From Lama guanicoe (lineage: Eukaryota): 64,000 nucleotides of DNA. The notes under the pieces were generated by a model. It did not search any database, was not told the DNA's origin, and worked only from the letters and a program-made list of their open reading frames with translations. Of this stretch, positions 23,260 to 36,169 are shown in pieces (positions within the stretch are counted from its first letter, which is position 1; every line of letters begins with the position of its first letter). The position numbers and the translations under genes are program-made. The stretch lies in contig MU054526.1 in NCBI GenBank assembly GCA_013239625.1, positions 620,001-684,000 on the forward strand, read 5' to 3'.

Positions 23260-24100
23260 AGACACAGCGCATGATCCGCCTGCTTCTGGCCGCCCCACGT
23301 CCCTCCTCTGTCTTGCCCGCCGCGGTCCTGTCTGTAGTCTTTGCTCTTTTGACCCTAACACGGTGAAACCCATAGATTGAGTCTAAAGCTGCAGCCTACG
23401 AGTGTTTGAAGAGCAACGAGACAAGGTCTGTTCGACGCTAGCTGTGGTTGGATGCACTTTGTGTCTGAGCGACAGTGTGATACCGCGTGTCCATTTACGG
23501 TCTTGCTGGTTTCGGGAAGATGGGAAGTACTCCGTCTCTGTCCGTCTCTGTGAGGAGATGAGCGCAGACGACTTCCCACGGGAGTCTGGGTCCGTCCCCT
23601 GGAGAAAGCGCGAAGCCACACCGATTCCCCTGAGCCTGGGAACACTCTTCCCATGGTCCCGGTGCGGCCGGCCCATTCCGGGAGGAGGGGCCGGGAGCGC
23701 CGTGAACCACATTACGCGGAAGGCTGTGCGGCGCGCGGGGCCCGTGACGGCTCAGGAGAGAGGCACTTCCGTGCGAGGGGAGGGCGTCTGGGCGGGCCTT
23801 CCGGCGTGGACGGTGGGCGGGCCTTCTCGGGACGAGCAGCTGTGGAAACTCGGAGCTGTCCGCCGGTCGGGGGCTTCGGGAAGACGCCGGGCCGCGTGCG
23901 GCAAGGGAGCGGCGGAGGCGCCGCCGCGCCCGCTGCTCTGAGGCGGGTCTGAGGCTCGGCGTGGCCGTCAGCCGGCCGTCAGCTGTCGCGGGGCCGGACC
24001 CCACCTTCGCCCACAGACGCCGGTGGCGGCTGCCGCACAGGTGAGTCCGATTCAGGGAAACGCCGCGTCCCCTCCCGGCCGTCAGCCGACTCTCCTTCTG
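23260..24100 (+). promoter_or_regulatory. CpG island with KZNF-type first exon (donor CAG|GTGAGT at 24040/24041)
   Basis: Very CpG-rich, with degenerate SBS ACCACATTACGCGG (~23707) and ETS sites CACTTCCG/CTTCCGG. Exon end GCCCACAGACGCCGGTGGCGGCTGCCGCACAG|GTGAGT. Confidence 0.75.
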
Positions 24101-25439
24101 CAGTAGTTGTGTTCTTACCAGTGTGCCCTTACGAGGGTCCTTTATTTGTCTTTATATCATTATCCCCCCGAAACCTTGTTTTTCTAAGTTTTGAGATATG
24201 ACGTGCCTGAAACAAACAGACAGAGAAAGAAAAAAAAAAAGCGCAGAGTTTCCAGGTGCAGTTGAACAATTAGTCTGTATCACCGCCCGGGTCAAGAAAT
24301 GTGATAGAAATAGGACCCCCAGAAGCCGCCTGTGCGGTCTTTCCAAAAAAGTTAGACCCATCGCCAGAGTTAACGGATTGTCTGTTGTTACAAGTAAGAA
24401 TTTCCTTGCTTTTCTTCATGGTTTTGCCATCCATGTGGAAAACCCAGTCCGACGAGTGTCGTTCAGTTTTGCTCACTTGTTTTAAACCATTTCCATGAAT
24501 GCAGTCGCTATTACTGTATGATGTCTTCTTCATTTGCACGCTTTTGTGTGACTTTCATCCGCATATTTCATGACTGTCCATTTTCCTTTTTGTGCGGTAG
24601 TCCCTAGTATGAACATATGAGTAAAATGTCTTTATAAACTCTCTCCTGTTGAGAGCTTTTCTTTGTTTATGGGTTCGTGGCTTTTCTTTCTGTCTGTCTG
24701 TGTGTTCTGCAGATATAAACATTGCTACTGTGGTCATACCTACCGTGTTCCCTGGGTTGTATACGAAGCACATACTCGTGGAGCATGTTAAAATGCCCAT
24801 TGTATTTACTTACTTAAAATAATTTTTACGTAATTGTGTTTAAAGGAATTTTTTCTAAGAGGTTGTACTCTTCCAGAAATTTTTATTTGACTGATCAGTC
24901 GTCTTTCTCTGGTGATTTTGGAAGAGAAGATAATTAAACTGTTTTAGTAAATACTTGTTTTAAAGGGTAGAAACGAATCATTGTAAGGATGAAAAGTCAC
25001 AATGCTTCAGAATCCTAACAGGATGTCTAGAACGCAAGAAGGTTATTGTCATGTTTAGGTATGGTTGAGTAGAGGTCGGGTCGTATAGCTTGTTTCGTTT
25101 CTGTTAAGTTGAGGCAGTCAGAAATGAGGTCCAGTTATCCCAAACTGCTGAAGGCCGAGCACTTTTGCTGTGACGCTAGCAACAACCCTTTTATCAGAGA
25201 TTCATTTTCAGTGTGTGGTCGGTAAACGGTGGTTCAGTTCTCTACCCAGGAGGGAATAGCCTGTAGGAAACTAGAAGCAATCTCTCTAAATGCTTATGGA
25301 AATATTTTAATATCAAAATTTTGGATCAGTATAAAAAGTACACGTTCTTGAATTCTCTTATATAATGTTACAACCATTTCAAGTTAGAATTTAATGGATG
25401 GGTTGTGTAAGCTGGAATAGCGTATAAAACAGTAACTTT

Positions 25440-27090
25440 TTTAAAAAGATTGAAGTACGGTCAGTTTACAACGTTGGGTTAAATTTCTGGTGTACGGCAG
25501 AATGCTTCAGTCATACGTGAACGTACATGTATTCACTTCCATATTCTTTTTCACCATAGGCTACTACAAGATACTGAATATAGTTCCCTGTGCCATACAG
25601 TTTGAACTTCTTGTTTATTTTTTACCTATATCAGTATCTGCAGATTTCCATTTTTCCACCCCACCCACCCGTAACCGTAAGTTTGTTACTCTGTGTCATA
25701 AATAAGTTCATCTTTTTTTTTCTTTTCTTTTTTTAGATTTCACTTATGAGTGATAACATATGGTATTTTTGTTTCTTTCTGGCTTGCTTGGAATGACAGT
25801 CTGCAGGTCTGTCCACGTTGCTGCAAATGGCACTATTTTATTCTTTTTGTAGTATTCCATTGTATAAATACACCACAGCTTCTTTATCCAGTCATCTGTG
25901 GGTGGACATTTAGGTTGTTTCCATGTCTTGGCTGTTGTAAATAGTGCTGCTGTGGACATTGGGGTGCATGTATCTTTTTGAATTAAGGTTCCCTCCGGAT
26001 ATATGCCCGGGGAGAGTGGAGTGTTGCATTATATGGTAAGTGTATTTGTGGACGAAGTTTAGTGAGTTCCAGTATGTCAACTTTTCGTGCACAGCACAGT
26101 ATTCACATATATATATTCATTATGTTCCAGTCACAGAGACATGTTTGTTATAGTGTTTCAATTATAAAATCAACGTATGTATATTAATTTTCATATGCGT
26201 TTTCATTGTAGGTTACTAGAAGATATGAAATATTAATCTGTAATTACAGCATTAACTTGTTCTTCATTTATTTTGTATATATTAATATCTAAACAGGGAC
26301 AATATAGCTCAGTGGTAGAGTGCATGTTTAGCATGCATGAGGTCCTGAGCTCAATACGCAATATCTGTTGTAAGTAAATAAATCTTATCTAAATGTAGAT
26401 CAAATATTTATTTTCTGCAAATGTGGACCTCCGAACTTATCCCTTCCCACCCCGTTCTCCATAAGTTTGTGTTCCTGTGTCTATTTCCGTTATATAAATA
26501 AGTTAATTTGTGTTCTGTGTTTTTAGTTTCCGCATATAATTCATATTGTATGGCATTTTCCTTTTAGAATGAGTATTATTTTTGTGGCTGAGCAGTATTC
26601 CATTTTATAGGTATATCACAACTTGTTCATCTAGTTATGTGTTGATGGACATTTTGGTCGTTTCTGTTTGTCTTATAAATATTGCTGGTATGATCACTGG
26701 GGTGCATGTATCTTTTTCAATTAAGGTTCCCTCTGGATAGATGCCCAGGAGTGGGATTGCTGGCTTATATTGCAAGTGTATTTGTAGTTTTGTATGGAAT
26801 CTGCATAGTGTTTTCCATAGTGGCTGCAGTTAATTACATTACTATCAGCAGTGTATGTGTGTTCCTTTTTCTCCATTTTTGAATTGTGGCCATTCTTAGT
26901 AGAATGAAGTATTACTTCAGAGTAGTTTTGATTTACATTTCACTGATAATTAGCCATATTGAGCATTTTTTCTTGTGCCTAATGGCCATTCATATGTCTT
27001 CTGCCCATTTTTGGATTTGATTGTTTTAGCTCTTCAGGCTTTGTCAGTCTTTTCTGTTGCAAGTATTTGCTCCCTTTTCATCGGTTGTGT
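25440..27090 (-). mobile_element. Two L1 3' fragments (25440-26040 and 26100-27090)
   Basis: Repeated GTGCATGTATCTTTTT.AATTAAGGTTCCCTC and other L1 3' motifs. Confidence 0.85.
26294..26375 (+). mobile_element. tRNA-Ala-derived SINE
   Basis: TATAGCTCAGTGGTAGAGTGCATGTTTAGCATGCATGAGGTCCTG. Confidence 0.75.
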
Positions 27091-29714
27091 TTTTGTAAGA
27101 CAAAAATTTTTAATATAACCAAAGGAAAATTTGAAAAGGAAGCATAAGTAGTACTGGCCACGTGTTAAAGCCACGTTTAATATATGAGAAAAGAATGTAT
27201 TCTCAGAAAGGGACACAGGAAAGTAGAATAAGAGAATGAAATGTAAGTGTCTGCAACAGGCCAGTACAGAAATAAGACTCAAATTTGATTTCTTGCACAT
27301 GACCTTCCACAACCATAGTCTGGTGCAGCCATTATGGAAAACTGTGGAGATTCCTCAATAGACTAAAAGTAGACTTACCTTATAATCCAAGAGTCCCACT
27401 GCTGGGCATGATCCCTTATTCAGCAGTACTCACAGACAAGCCTGACAGGATTTGCACTTGTTTTTCCTGATACCCACTTGACTTTATTGCACAATTTCGT
27501 AACATTTGTCTGTTCTCTTTCATGTGGTTGGTTTACTCTAGAGCCTTTAGCACCACCTGAAATATTAAATGGATCACTCAGAATTAAAGTGACATGATCC
27601 TGCTCTTCCTGCTGTTTCCACATTCTGAAGAACCCCTCATGACCCCTGCACTGGTGAGTATCAGGTGTCCTGGAACTTTTACTTCCACTACAGACTGAGA
27701 TGTGAAAGGTGTCTCAGGTACAGGGGTTAGTATTCAGGAATGCTTGGAGATGAGGTTGAGATGGGAGTGTTTTAGGCTTTGGAGGGTCTGTTAAGGACAG
27801 AATAAGGAAGTGAGATTCAGGCCTAGAATGGTAGCCTGAATTGGCGTTTTTCGAACAGAGTTGATTTAGATCTGAATAGGCTCCTTCATGCAGAAGAGAC
27901 TGGTGGGTATTAGAAATTGGGTTTTGGCCATGTTGAGTCTCAAGACTCCCAAGTATAGGAGACAAGTGGATGGGTGAACATGTAGAGCTAGAGTGCTGGG
28001 GAGGGCTTCACAAAGACAGATAAGGTCCAGTGAGTAATATGCCTGTGGAGGCCCTGGCAGTAAGAGCTTAAGCGAGATAGATCATCCCAAGTGTGTTTGT
28101 ATCTGGGGACTCAGGCTCTTATCTTGCAGGAAAGGGGGGCCCTTTATAGCAAGCCTAGAGGTTAGATGGCATCTCTGTGTCGTTGCTGAGAGTTGGGCCT
28201 AGTGATGAGACTAGATACCACTGCCTTCAAAGTTGAGGAGCTCAGGAGAAAGGCTGCTCATGGACACATTTGTCCCCATCATCACAGGGCCCTCCGACCT
28301 TTGAGGATGTGCCTGGGTACTTTTCCAGGAGGAATGGAGGCTCCAAGACTCCTGTACCATATTATGCTAGAGAACTCTGTAATATGCTGCAGAACTCTGC
28401 ACTGGTTTCTACCCTCACACCTATCCCAGCTGCTGAGCTCGTCTCCAAGCTACATAATGGGCACATCTCTGTTACTCTTTTCCTGTCTTGTGTGCACACT
28501 TGCCTTCTTTCACAAGTAGCCCCAATACCAGCTGCTGTAAGGTTTGCAATTAGTCCAGTGGGTTTCATTGTTGATTCTGTAGACCCCCAGGCCACATTTG
28601 CTCCAAGGTTCTGTCCGCTTTGGTCACTGCTTGTGAGAACTCCATGTTTGTCTCCCCTCCCCTCATCAGTACTGACTGCTCGCTTGTTCTTCCCTTAGGA
28701 CTACTTCCATCTTCTAGTCCAGTTAGAGCTGGGAGGAGAACACTGGGGACACAGACTCCAGGTACAGCAAGAGGGGCTCTGAGGATGTGAGATCCTGGCT
28801 GGGTTCAGGTCCTATCAGGACCATGTCCTGTGTCTAACACTGTTTTGGTGCCCAGGCCAGTGGCTGTACTGGTCCTCTCCACCACTGGCCTGCACGTGTC
28901 CTTAAAATAGTCGCTGAACACCAGCTCCTCAGGGTTCCCAGGAGCGTGTACACACCCTTCCGTAAGGAGTGAGTTGTCGACCCCTGCCTCCTCCCCATCC
29001 TTGTGAGCCCCCCCCGTTCTGTGGCATCTAGAGGCCCAGTACTGCACAGCAGCCTTCTTAATGCCCCCCAGCTCCCTTGTCCTTAACACACGTTTATGAT
29101 GGTGCTCCCTCCTTTTCCCAAAATGTACATGCAGTTCACCAGTATCTGTTTTCAGGTTGCTGGCAGCAAGCAGAGAGGATGAGGAGACAGCTTCTGAGCA
29201 GGATGAAGTGCCACAAATAAAATTTTCAAAGGCAGTTTCCATCTAGCTGAGGACCTGGGAACTATCTCTGGTTGAAAACCTTGTGGGGCAGGTGTGAAAC
29301 TGCCCCCTCAGTGTAAAGTGTTTAAGAGAGATGTGCATAAGGCTCCATGGTCCCCGCGTCCAAGAAGTCTTTCACATGCCAACATGCCAGTGGGCTGGGA
29401 GCGATCCCTCTGGTAGCTGTGGCCTCACCACAAAAGGGCACTGAGTGTGTAAAAGCATTCAGGAACCAACCCACACTTTTCCAACACCAGCTACTCCACT
29501 GGAAAACACCTTTTAGAGCGTAGTGAAGGTGAGGTTTTACACTTTGTTCCCACTATCACAGACATGCCTAATGTGACAATGTAGAGAACATTATGAGTAT
29601 ACAGTTTTGTATGCTGAAGTGAATGACACTTTTTGCCCTGTCAGTAACTAGTTTATGTTTCGTAAGATGTTCATAGTATTTATTTGCCTACTGGTAATGA
29701 ATGTGGTAGCTCAG

Positions 29715-29817
29715 TTTTTTTTGAGGGGGTGGGTGGGAGGGAAGGTAATTAAGTTTATTTACATGAAGATACTGAGGATGGAACCCAGGACCCCTTGCAC
29801 TAGGCTACACCTGCCCC
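29715..29817 (-). mobile_element. Degenerate tRNA-derived SINE
   Basis: GGTAATTAAGTTTATTT...GAACCCAGGACC on the minus strand. Confidence 0.6.
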
Positions 29818-31305
29818 TTTTTATTAGTAACTGAGAAGACAATAAATCTGTTGGAACTTGACTTTCTTCAGTTGCTGGGTGGAATAAATGGGATAGTCAC
29901 AACGTGTAGTCTTCATTATTAACATACTCTCTCAAACTATCACCTGAGCTAAATTCACTTCCAGAGGCATACAAAGCTCGGAGACAGAACAGTCTCACAT
30001 CCAGATATTTATGGGATAACAGAAAAAACTTGAGCCCTCATAAGGGTCAATAAAGAACCCTGTGATAAGAGTGCCTAGGCCATGCGATTAGAGAGGGAAA
30101 GCCAAGGAGTTTAGGCAGTTTACAAGCAGACAACTAAGAATTTTTAGGAAGGGTAGTTCTACTTTACTGATGTGAAGGAACATCACAGACCTGAGTTTTT
30201 CAATCCAAAGAAATGTATGGCACTGATTATCTAAGCCTTTGGGCCGTGCTACTGACGTGACTTCTGGCAGGGGCCTTAGATCTGTTTCACACGTCGAGAA
30301 GAGAAAGGTCAGACAGGTGGGCTCTGTCTTCCTGACAGATAACCTTTCATCATACTCTGCAAAACAGACCCCAACCCCGCCACATTCCTTCTGTTTCTTG
30401 GCTTATACTAGTTCCTGGAAGGCCAGCAGTTTAGCATCTTGCTTAGTCTTCCAGTCGCCTTCGTCTATATTAGTAAGATCTCCCTCTGCCTTATTAGGAG
30501 ACTTGAGTTTTCTCACAATTCCCAAGGTCCAGGAAGAGGACACGGGCATATCCAGGGGACATTAGTAACCTTAAAAATGTGTTTAGCAAAGTATATTCAT
30601 TGCAGCTCTGTATACCATAGCCAAGACATGGAAGCAACCTTAATGTCCATCAACAGATGGATGAGTAGATAAACACTGTATATGTACATAAGACAAATAC
30701 GCTGTACACCAGAAATTGAGGCGACATTGTAAACTGGCTAGTGCAATTAAAAAATATATTCACTGCAATCAGGACGCATAATGTATCGTGTAAGCAAGTA
30801 TGGACCGTAAGTCTTTAAAACCTGAGTATGTTATGACCTTTTCAAAAATTCTTCTAATACATCAGTTATTAGGGTCCCCTAACTGATAGGATTTGCCACT
30901 GGGATCTGAACATGCTGACCATCGTTGGGAAAACAAAATCTTTTTCCCAGAAAAATCTCCACAGTCAGGAGAGAAAGAAAAAACGTGACACACCTCACAG
31001 AGGATCCACTGAAGAGAATTTAAGGACAGAAAGAAACCTCACCCTATTGTCAAGCAAGTAGTTTTCTATATAAATTCGACCACCTGTCTTTTTAGTGAGA
31101 GCACTTGACGGCATAATTTGTTAGTTTATTCTGAATGTGCCTGGGAACTTGCGGGATCGTCTGCTGTACCTCTTTGCCTTTTATCCAAAGGAATCCTAGA
31201 ATTTCTCACCCATCTGTCTCTCGCGGGACAGGTAGGAAGGGCCTTCCCCCATGTTATCTTTCCGAAGAGGTGGCGCCGGACCTTCAAAAAAAAATATACT
31301 TAAAA

Positions 31306-31420
31306 GGGGAGGTTAAACTCAAGTGGTAGCGTGAGTGCTCAGCACGTACAAGGTTCAATCCCCTCTCCCTCCAGTTTAAAAAAAAAAAAAAACGTAATTA
31401 CTACCCCCCCCCAAAATGAA
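31306..31420 (+). mobile_element. tRNA-Ala-derived SINE
   Basis: GGGGAGGTTAAACTCAAGTGGTAG...GGTTCAATCCC...TAATTACTACCCCCCCC. Confidence 0.7.
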
Positions 31421-31429
31421 AAACAAAAT

Positions 31430-32290
31430 CTCGCGATCGTGCAGAAAAGCAGTTTTCACTTAACTGAGATTTTTGGGGGGAAGCCTTGGGGACCGTGCTG
31501 CAGAGCTAATCTGGGGAGAACAAATGACTACACCTGGCTCCGGGGCCGCTCTACCGCGCCTCCTAGGCCTGCAGCCCGGCCCCCAGCGCTGCGCTCCCCG
31601 AATGCTTCTGCCTGGCGACCTGCGGGAGCTGGTCGCCTCCACGGGTCTCACATGCGGGCAAAGCCGGTCTCGGGACAAATTCCGCGGAGGCGCCTCCACC
31701 CACCAGGCTCCACGCGAGACACTCGCGAGCCCGTCACGCCCTCCCCGGACGGCCCGGCCGGTTCCCACCTCCGGTGGACCGGCTTCCGGACGCGGACACC
31801 GGGCCCCGGTCACTCTCCTTGGCCGGAGAGGCCCCGCGGAGGCTGCTCGACCCGGCCGGGCGACCCCTCAACTGGGCCCCGGAGCTCTGCGTCAGCAACT
31901 CCCCATAAGCCTGCAGGTCCAATTTCCCGCGAGAGCACACTGCGCAGCCGCTCTGCATGACCGGGATGATCCAGCCCGCGCCGCCGGCCTCCCGGAACTC
32001 TGGCTCAGACAACGCGGCCGAATTCCTCCCCTTGTGAAGGGCTCCGGAGGAAAGTGCACGACCTAAAAGTGGACGTCAGGCGACGCCCGACAACCGATGC
32101 GACCGTCAGCGGGACGGGTCCAGATCGTGGGGCGACGAGGGCGCACCGCCGGCCGCCCGACCGCGTCCCAGCCCACCTCCCCGCACGTCTCGCGGCCCTG
32201 GGTTACAAACCCTTAGCCTGGGACTCCAGAATGTGCGTCTTCTATAGCGGGGTGCTCACTGCTAGTTCTTCGGGCCCCTATGCTTATGAA
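31430..32290 (-). promoter_or_regulatory. CpG island, probably a minus-strand KZNF-type promoter without a recognisable gene body
   Basis: CpG-dense, with BANP-like TCCCGCGAGA (~31925), ETS site CTTCCGG and a CRE-like GACGTCA. Minus-strand GCTCGCGAGTGTCTCGCGTGG resembles the intron-1 cassette GCTCGCGGGTGCTACGCGGTGG of genes A/B/C. Confidence 0.6.
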
Positions 32291-32814
32291 GGCACGAGAC
32301 CTCCCTGCTTCCTGACCTCTCATGGGACAGGCCACGTGTCCCTACTTGGCACGCTGGGCCGCTTATATCCCTGGGGAATTTCAAATGGCATTAGTCTCGC
32401 CGGTCCTCACTCAGTCACCTCCATAAGTTAAAACCCCAGGAGCACATTTTTATACAATTATAAATCTGACAAGAGACTTATTTAGCTTTTTCAAAATTTA
32501 CATACATCCCAAAAGGACAAAGAAAGAATTTACAATTAGAAGTTTGCTAAGGGAACATGGATGGACCTGGAGATCGTCATTCTAACTGAAGTAAGCCAGA
32601 AAGAGAAAGAAAAATGCCATGTATCACTTATATGTGGAATATTTTTAAAAGCACACAAATGGACAACTTATTTATAACTTAGATGGTTGATTTCTTGAAT
32701 ATATGTAAGCACATTTGACTGTCCTCTATGACTGGATTACTGCATTCTGTTGATTCTTATTTTGTGGTTGGCTTTATTTCCTTGATAACTGTCAAGTTTA
32801 AGAAGCTAAAGCTT

Positions 32815-32865
32815 CACACAACATTGTAAAATGATTATAAATCAATTAAAAAATGTTAAAAAAAA
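32815..32865 (+). mobile_element. Extremely 5'-truncated L1 tail with 12-bp TSD
   Basis: CACACAACATTGTAAAATGATTATAAATCAATTAAAA...(A)n flanked by AAGCTAAAGCTT at 32803-32814 and 32866-32877. Confidence 0.8.
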
Positions 32866-33246
32866 AAGCTAAAGCTTTAGACTGGTCTTAGAAACAATGA
32901 ACAGTATATATATGTAAATTTTAAAAACGTGCAGTATTTGTATATATGTATTTACAAGCAACATTTTGTATATGTACAGTCAAATTGTAACAATTCTACC
33001 TAATAAAATTGAAAGATGAGGAAAAAAGTTTGCTAAGGGGAAATGCTCTAAGAGTGGAGGACGTTCTTACATTTTTTGCAACACAGAGATTTTCTTACTC
33101 CTAATTTGCTTTCACTCTTAAACCTGTTCCCCGTATTTCCTGTAAACTAGATATTGATGGGACTGGGGATTCAGGTCTAGTCTGGGTGGACAGTTGTGCC
33201 ATGTGGCACTCCTGGAGATACACAGGGTGTGACTGCTGTGTGATAA

Positions 33247-33638
33247 TGTTCACTAGGCAGCAGTAAGGAAGGAAGAGATGGGGTTAAATCGAAGTGTGCT
33301 TTGTTTTGCAGAACTAGTTAAATTGCACAAAGTTCCAAATGCCAGATACTGTGAAAAGGTTACAGCACGTCCTAGTGAACACGATAACCCAGTAAGACCA
33401 ACAACCGAGCCTCTGCCTGCTTGCAGCTCTTGGCAACCTGCAGTCACCCTGTCCCTGCTGGCCCTTTCCTGAATATGCAAGCCCCCCAGGCTTAAAACTT
33501 CCCTGGTCCAGGTCTTTGAGAGCTATCTTCCTGTCTCCTTACTTCTCACAAGTAGTAAATGCTTCTGCTTCAACTGAACGTACTTGCTGTGTTCACTGGC
33601 TCTGCACCCAAGGGAAGGACCCATTAAATCCAGTAACA
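33247..33638 (+). mobile_element. Solo ERV LTR (class I-like)
   Basis: TG...CA termini (TGTTCACT...CAGTAACA), 4-bp TSD ATAA (33243-33246 / 33639-33642), TATA-like CTTAAAA and poly(A)-like AGTAAA. Confidence 0.75.
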
Positions 33639-35619
33639 ATAATGACACCTCAGCACAACCCGGAGGCCCCTGCATAGGCATCCTGGGGACACTGTGATGA
33701 GGGCAGCATTCTGCATCACCCCCGCCCAGCAAGACTGCACACACACATGTGCATTATACTGCATCCACGAAGACAAGATGCGATAGTCCTGAGACACACA
33801 GCTGGCATTTACAATGTGCAACAGAGGCTTGTGTGAAATGGAGGGAGGTGCTGAACCACCCCAGCAGGTATGAGGACACAAATGCACAAATGCTCTAGGG
33901 ACCCCTGTGAGGCAGGTATGGGACAGGGAGGTCCGGAAGCCTGGTGTGTGGATGCACACAGGATCACACAACCACACACATGCAGGTGTGACCAGGTGGT
34001 CTCACCCCGGCTTGGAGAAACTCCCCCCTCTTCGCCATCCTAGCCCCAGTCCTGCAGGTCTGACGATGCACTGACGGTGGTCAGAACAGGAGCCTTGTGC
34101 ACGTGTTGCCGCAACCTGGAGCCTCACACAAACACACAGGGACACGTGATGGACGCAGATCAGCCCAAGCAGACAGAGACAGGGGTCCTGCCCTCAGGGA
34201 GGGAAGATGATCATCACCAAGCATGGTAAACATATGGGAAAGCAGATACGTGCAATGAAACGATTCTGCTGCTGTGACAAACATATCCAGAGTCACGAGC
34301 GAGAGAAGGGTGGAATCTTGGAGTCACGGGACAGGGGAGCAGGAGTACTGTGTCCTGGTGTCTGAGAGCTTTGATTCCGGGGATGTAGAGGAATTCAAAC
34401 CCTTCTGAGCTCTGCTGAGAATCGCGGGGGATGCCATGAACTGTGAGTGGTGCTTCAAATGGAAATGTCACTTGGTCGTGTCAGGTCTTCCCAGGCCTTA
34501 GTGTCCTTCTCAGTACAAGTGGGAAGATAGGCCTTTGGATGAAAGGTGTAAGGAAAGAAGCAGACAGTAAATAAAAGGTAATATGTTGGAAAACACAGAG
34601 CTGTTGTGTCAAGAATGTGCAGATTAAGACCTGCCACCCACGCAGGGTCAGCAGGTAGCGCCCTCAGCATCTGAGCTCCCACTTTGCAGAAGTGAAAGTC
34701 CCCAGGCCATTTTGACTGAAGGTGAGGCTTCAATACATTCACACAAAGACAGTACAGTCACAAGGTTAATCAATGACGCATCCCAGCATGGGGCACAGCG
34801 AGTAGACAGAAGTGTAGTCCTCTGAGCCGGGGAGAAAGCACCTCTCACTTAGGAGGTGGCTGGGGAGGTAGTCACCAATATTTTTGCAAGCTCAGCAGCA
34901 AGCGTACTTGGCTGAACCAATTAGGATCGATGGCTATTTTTGTCATCTTGCTATTCCCTCCTGAAATGCAAATACAAACTAGGGGTCCCCACAAAATCCC
35001 TTTTATTCTGGCAGAGCCTAATTCTGACCCCAGTCTGCAGCACACAGCAACTAGAACCCCATGAGTCAATGTCTTTCACGATCAAAAAGAAGTTGATGAC
35101 CACAATCACCAGCAGTGTCAGGTGGAGACTCCTGGGTTGGGCGACTTAGAGGGTGGAACAATCAACCCACCAGTTAAAAGGCAATCAAACATAGTCACTG
35201 AGAAGGGAACTCTCCACAAGCTGACTGCAGAAGCCAGCTGGAGTCCCCCTGCCCAAAGCTGGGTCATATCCCACCCAAAACAATCAGTGGGGAGGAAATG
35301 AGGGACCCCAAAGGTCAAGAGGCTGCTGAGTCCTCCAGATGAAGCGAGCTTCTGCCTCCTCTGAGCACTTTAAGGATGATTCACACACAGAGGTGCCTGC
35401 CACGTGGTAGAGGAGGGAAGGCTTTGGTGACAGATAGCAGCAGCAACTTCTTTTTCACAAGGACTCCAGGCAGGTCCAAACCTGCAAGGTGTATCATGGA
35501 AACTTCCAATATTCCTGGCCCTTCAGAGAACCCCCCTAGAAAGCCTGGATGTATGAGGTTCAATCTCTGGTTGATCTCTTCCTCATGAAGACTCCTCCCT
35601 AGGGCTTTGCTCTGTAATT

Positions 35620-35790
35620 ATGTAGCACAAGGACGGAGTATGTTGCCTGCACTCCTAAGATCTGTCTCCAATTTAAGTTTACTAGTGCTGTTTGAGTTTA
35701 GGCTAACAGCTGAATAACTTCCAACATTCACTGCACTCAATACTCTTCTGGGGTGTGTAGCTGTTTTGTGAGATTTAACTGTTCCTGATG
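35620..35790 (-). pseudogene. Distal fossil fingers of gene B
   Basis: Minus-strand GAGTGCAGTGAATGTTGGAAG and ACTGGAG-like linker remnants, separated from the array by L1/LTR insertions. Confidence 0.5.
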
Positions 35791-36169
35791 GTGAAACACG
35801 ACACACTCACACTTGGGTGGATAAAAGACAGAGTTCTGTGTTACTGAGGGCTTAGAACAAGAGAAGGGCATCAGGCAGGGCCACACAGCAGGCTGTATGG
35901 AGGACACAGTGAACAACCTGAAGCTCTAGAGAGCCCCTACATACGGCAAGTGGCCTGGGGCTGGCCCAGCTGGAACAACTTCACGGGGCCAGGGCACAGC
36001 AGCTGTCCCGAGCTGCCTGGTATCCTGGCTCTGGGACCTAGGGTTGGTGTAAAGCAGCCCAGAGTGGGAATGCTGGGTAACGACAATGACTGGATGTGGA
36101 CCTAAATCAGCTGCTCCAAATGAGGAAATGACCAGTATAAACAGGGACTCAAAACTGGATCAAGACAAT

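Larger units (their letters stand above)
24023..29530 (+). pseudogene. Heavily decayed KRAB-ZNF pseudogene (exon 1 ~24040, exon 2 ~27620-27653, KRAB-A ~28290-28390, KRAB-B ~28700-28800, last exon from ~29156)
   Basis: CACAG|GGCCCTCCGACCTTTGAGGATGTG...GGAGGAATGGAGGCTCC...ATGCTAGAGAAC is KRAB-A with deletions. TTTTCAG|GTTGCTGG...GAGGATGAGGAGACAGCTTCTGAGCAG is the spacer start. Only 1-2 broken finger remnants remain (~29440-29520). Confidence 0.75.

Noticed and set aside
34845-34965. Minus-strand segment with acceptor-like TTTCAG and donor-like GTGAG
   Set aside because: No recognisable coding homology; at most a UTR or cryptic exon.
15800-35600. Possible VN1R vomeronasal receptor expected from human synteny
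   Set aside because: No ~900-bp ORF or 7TM-like fragment recognised by eye; a tBLASTn search would be needed to exclude a decayed copy.
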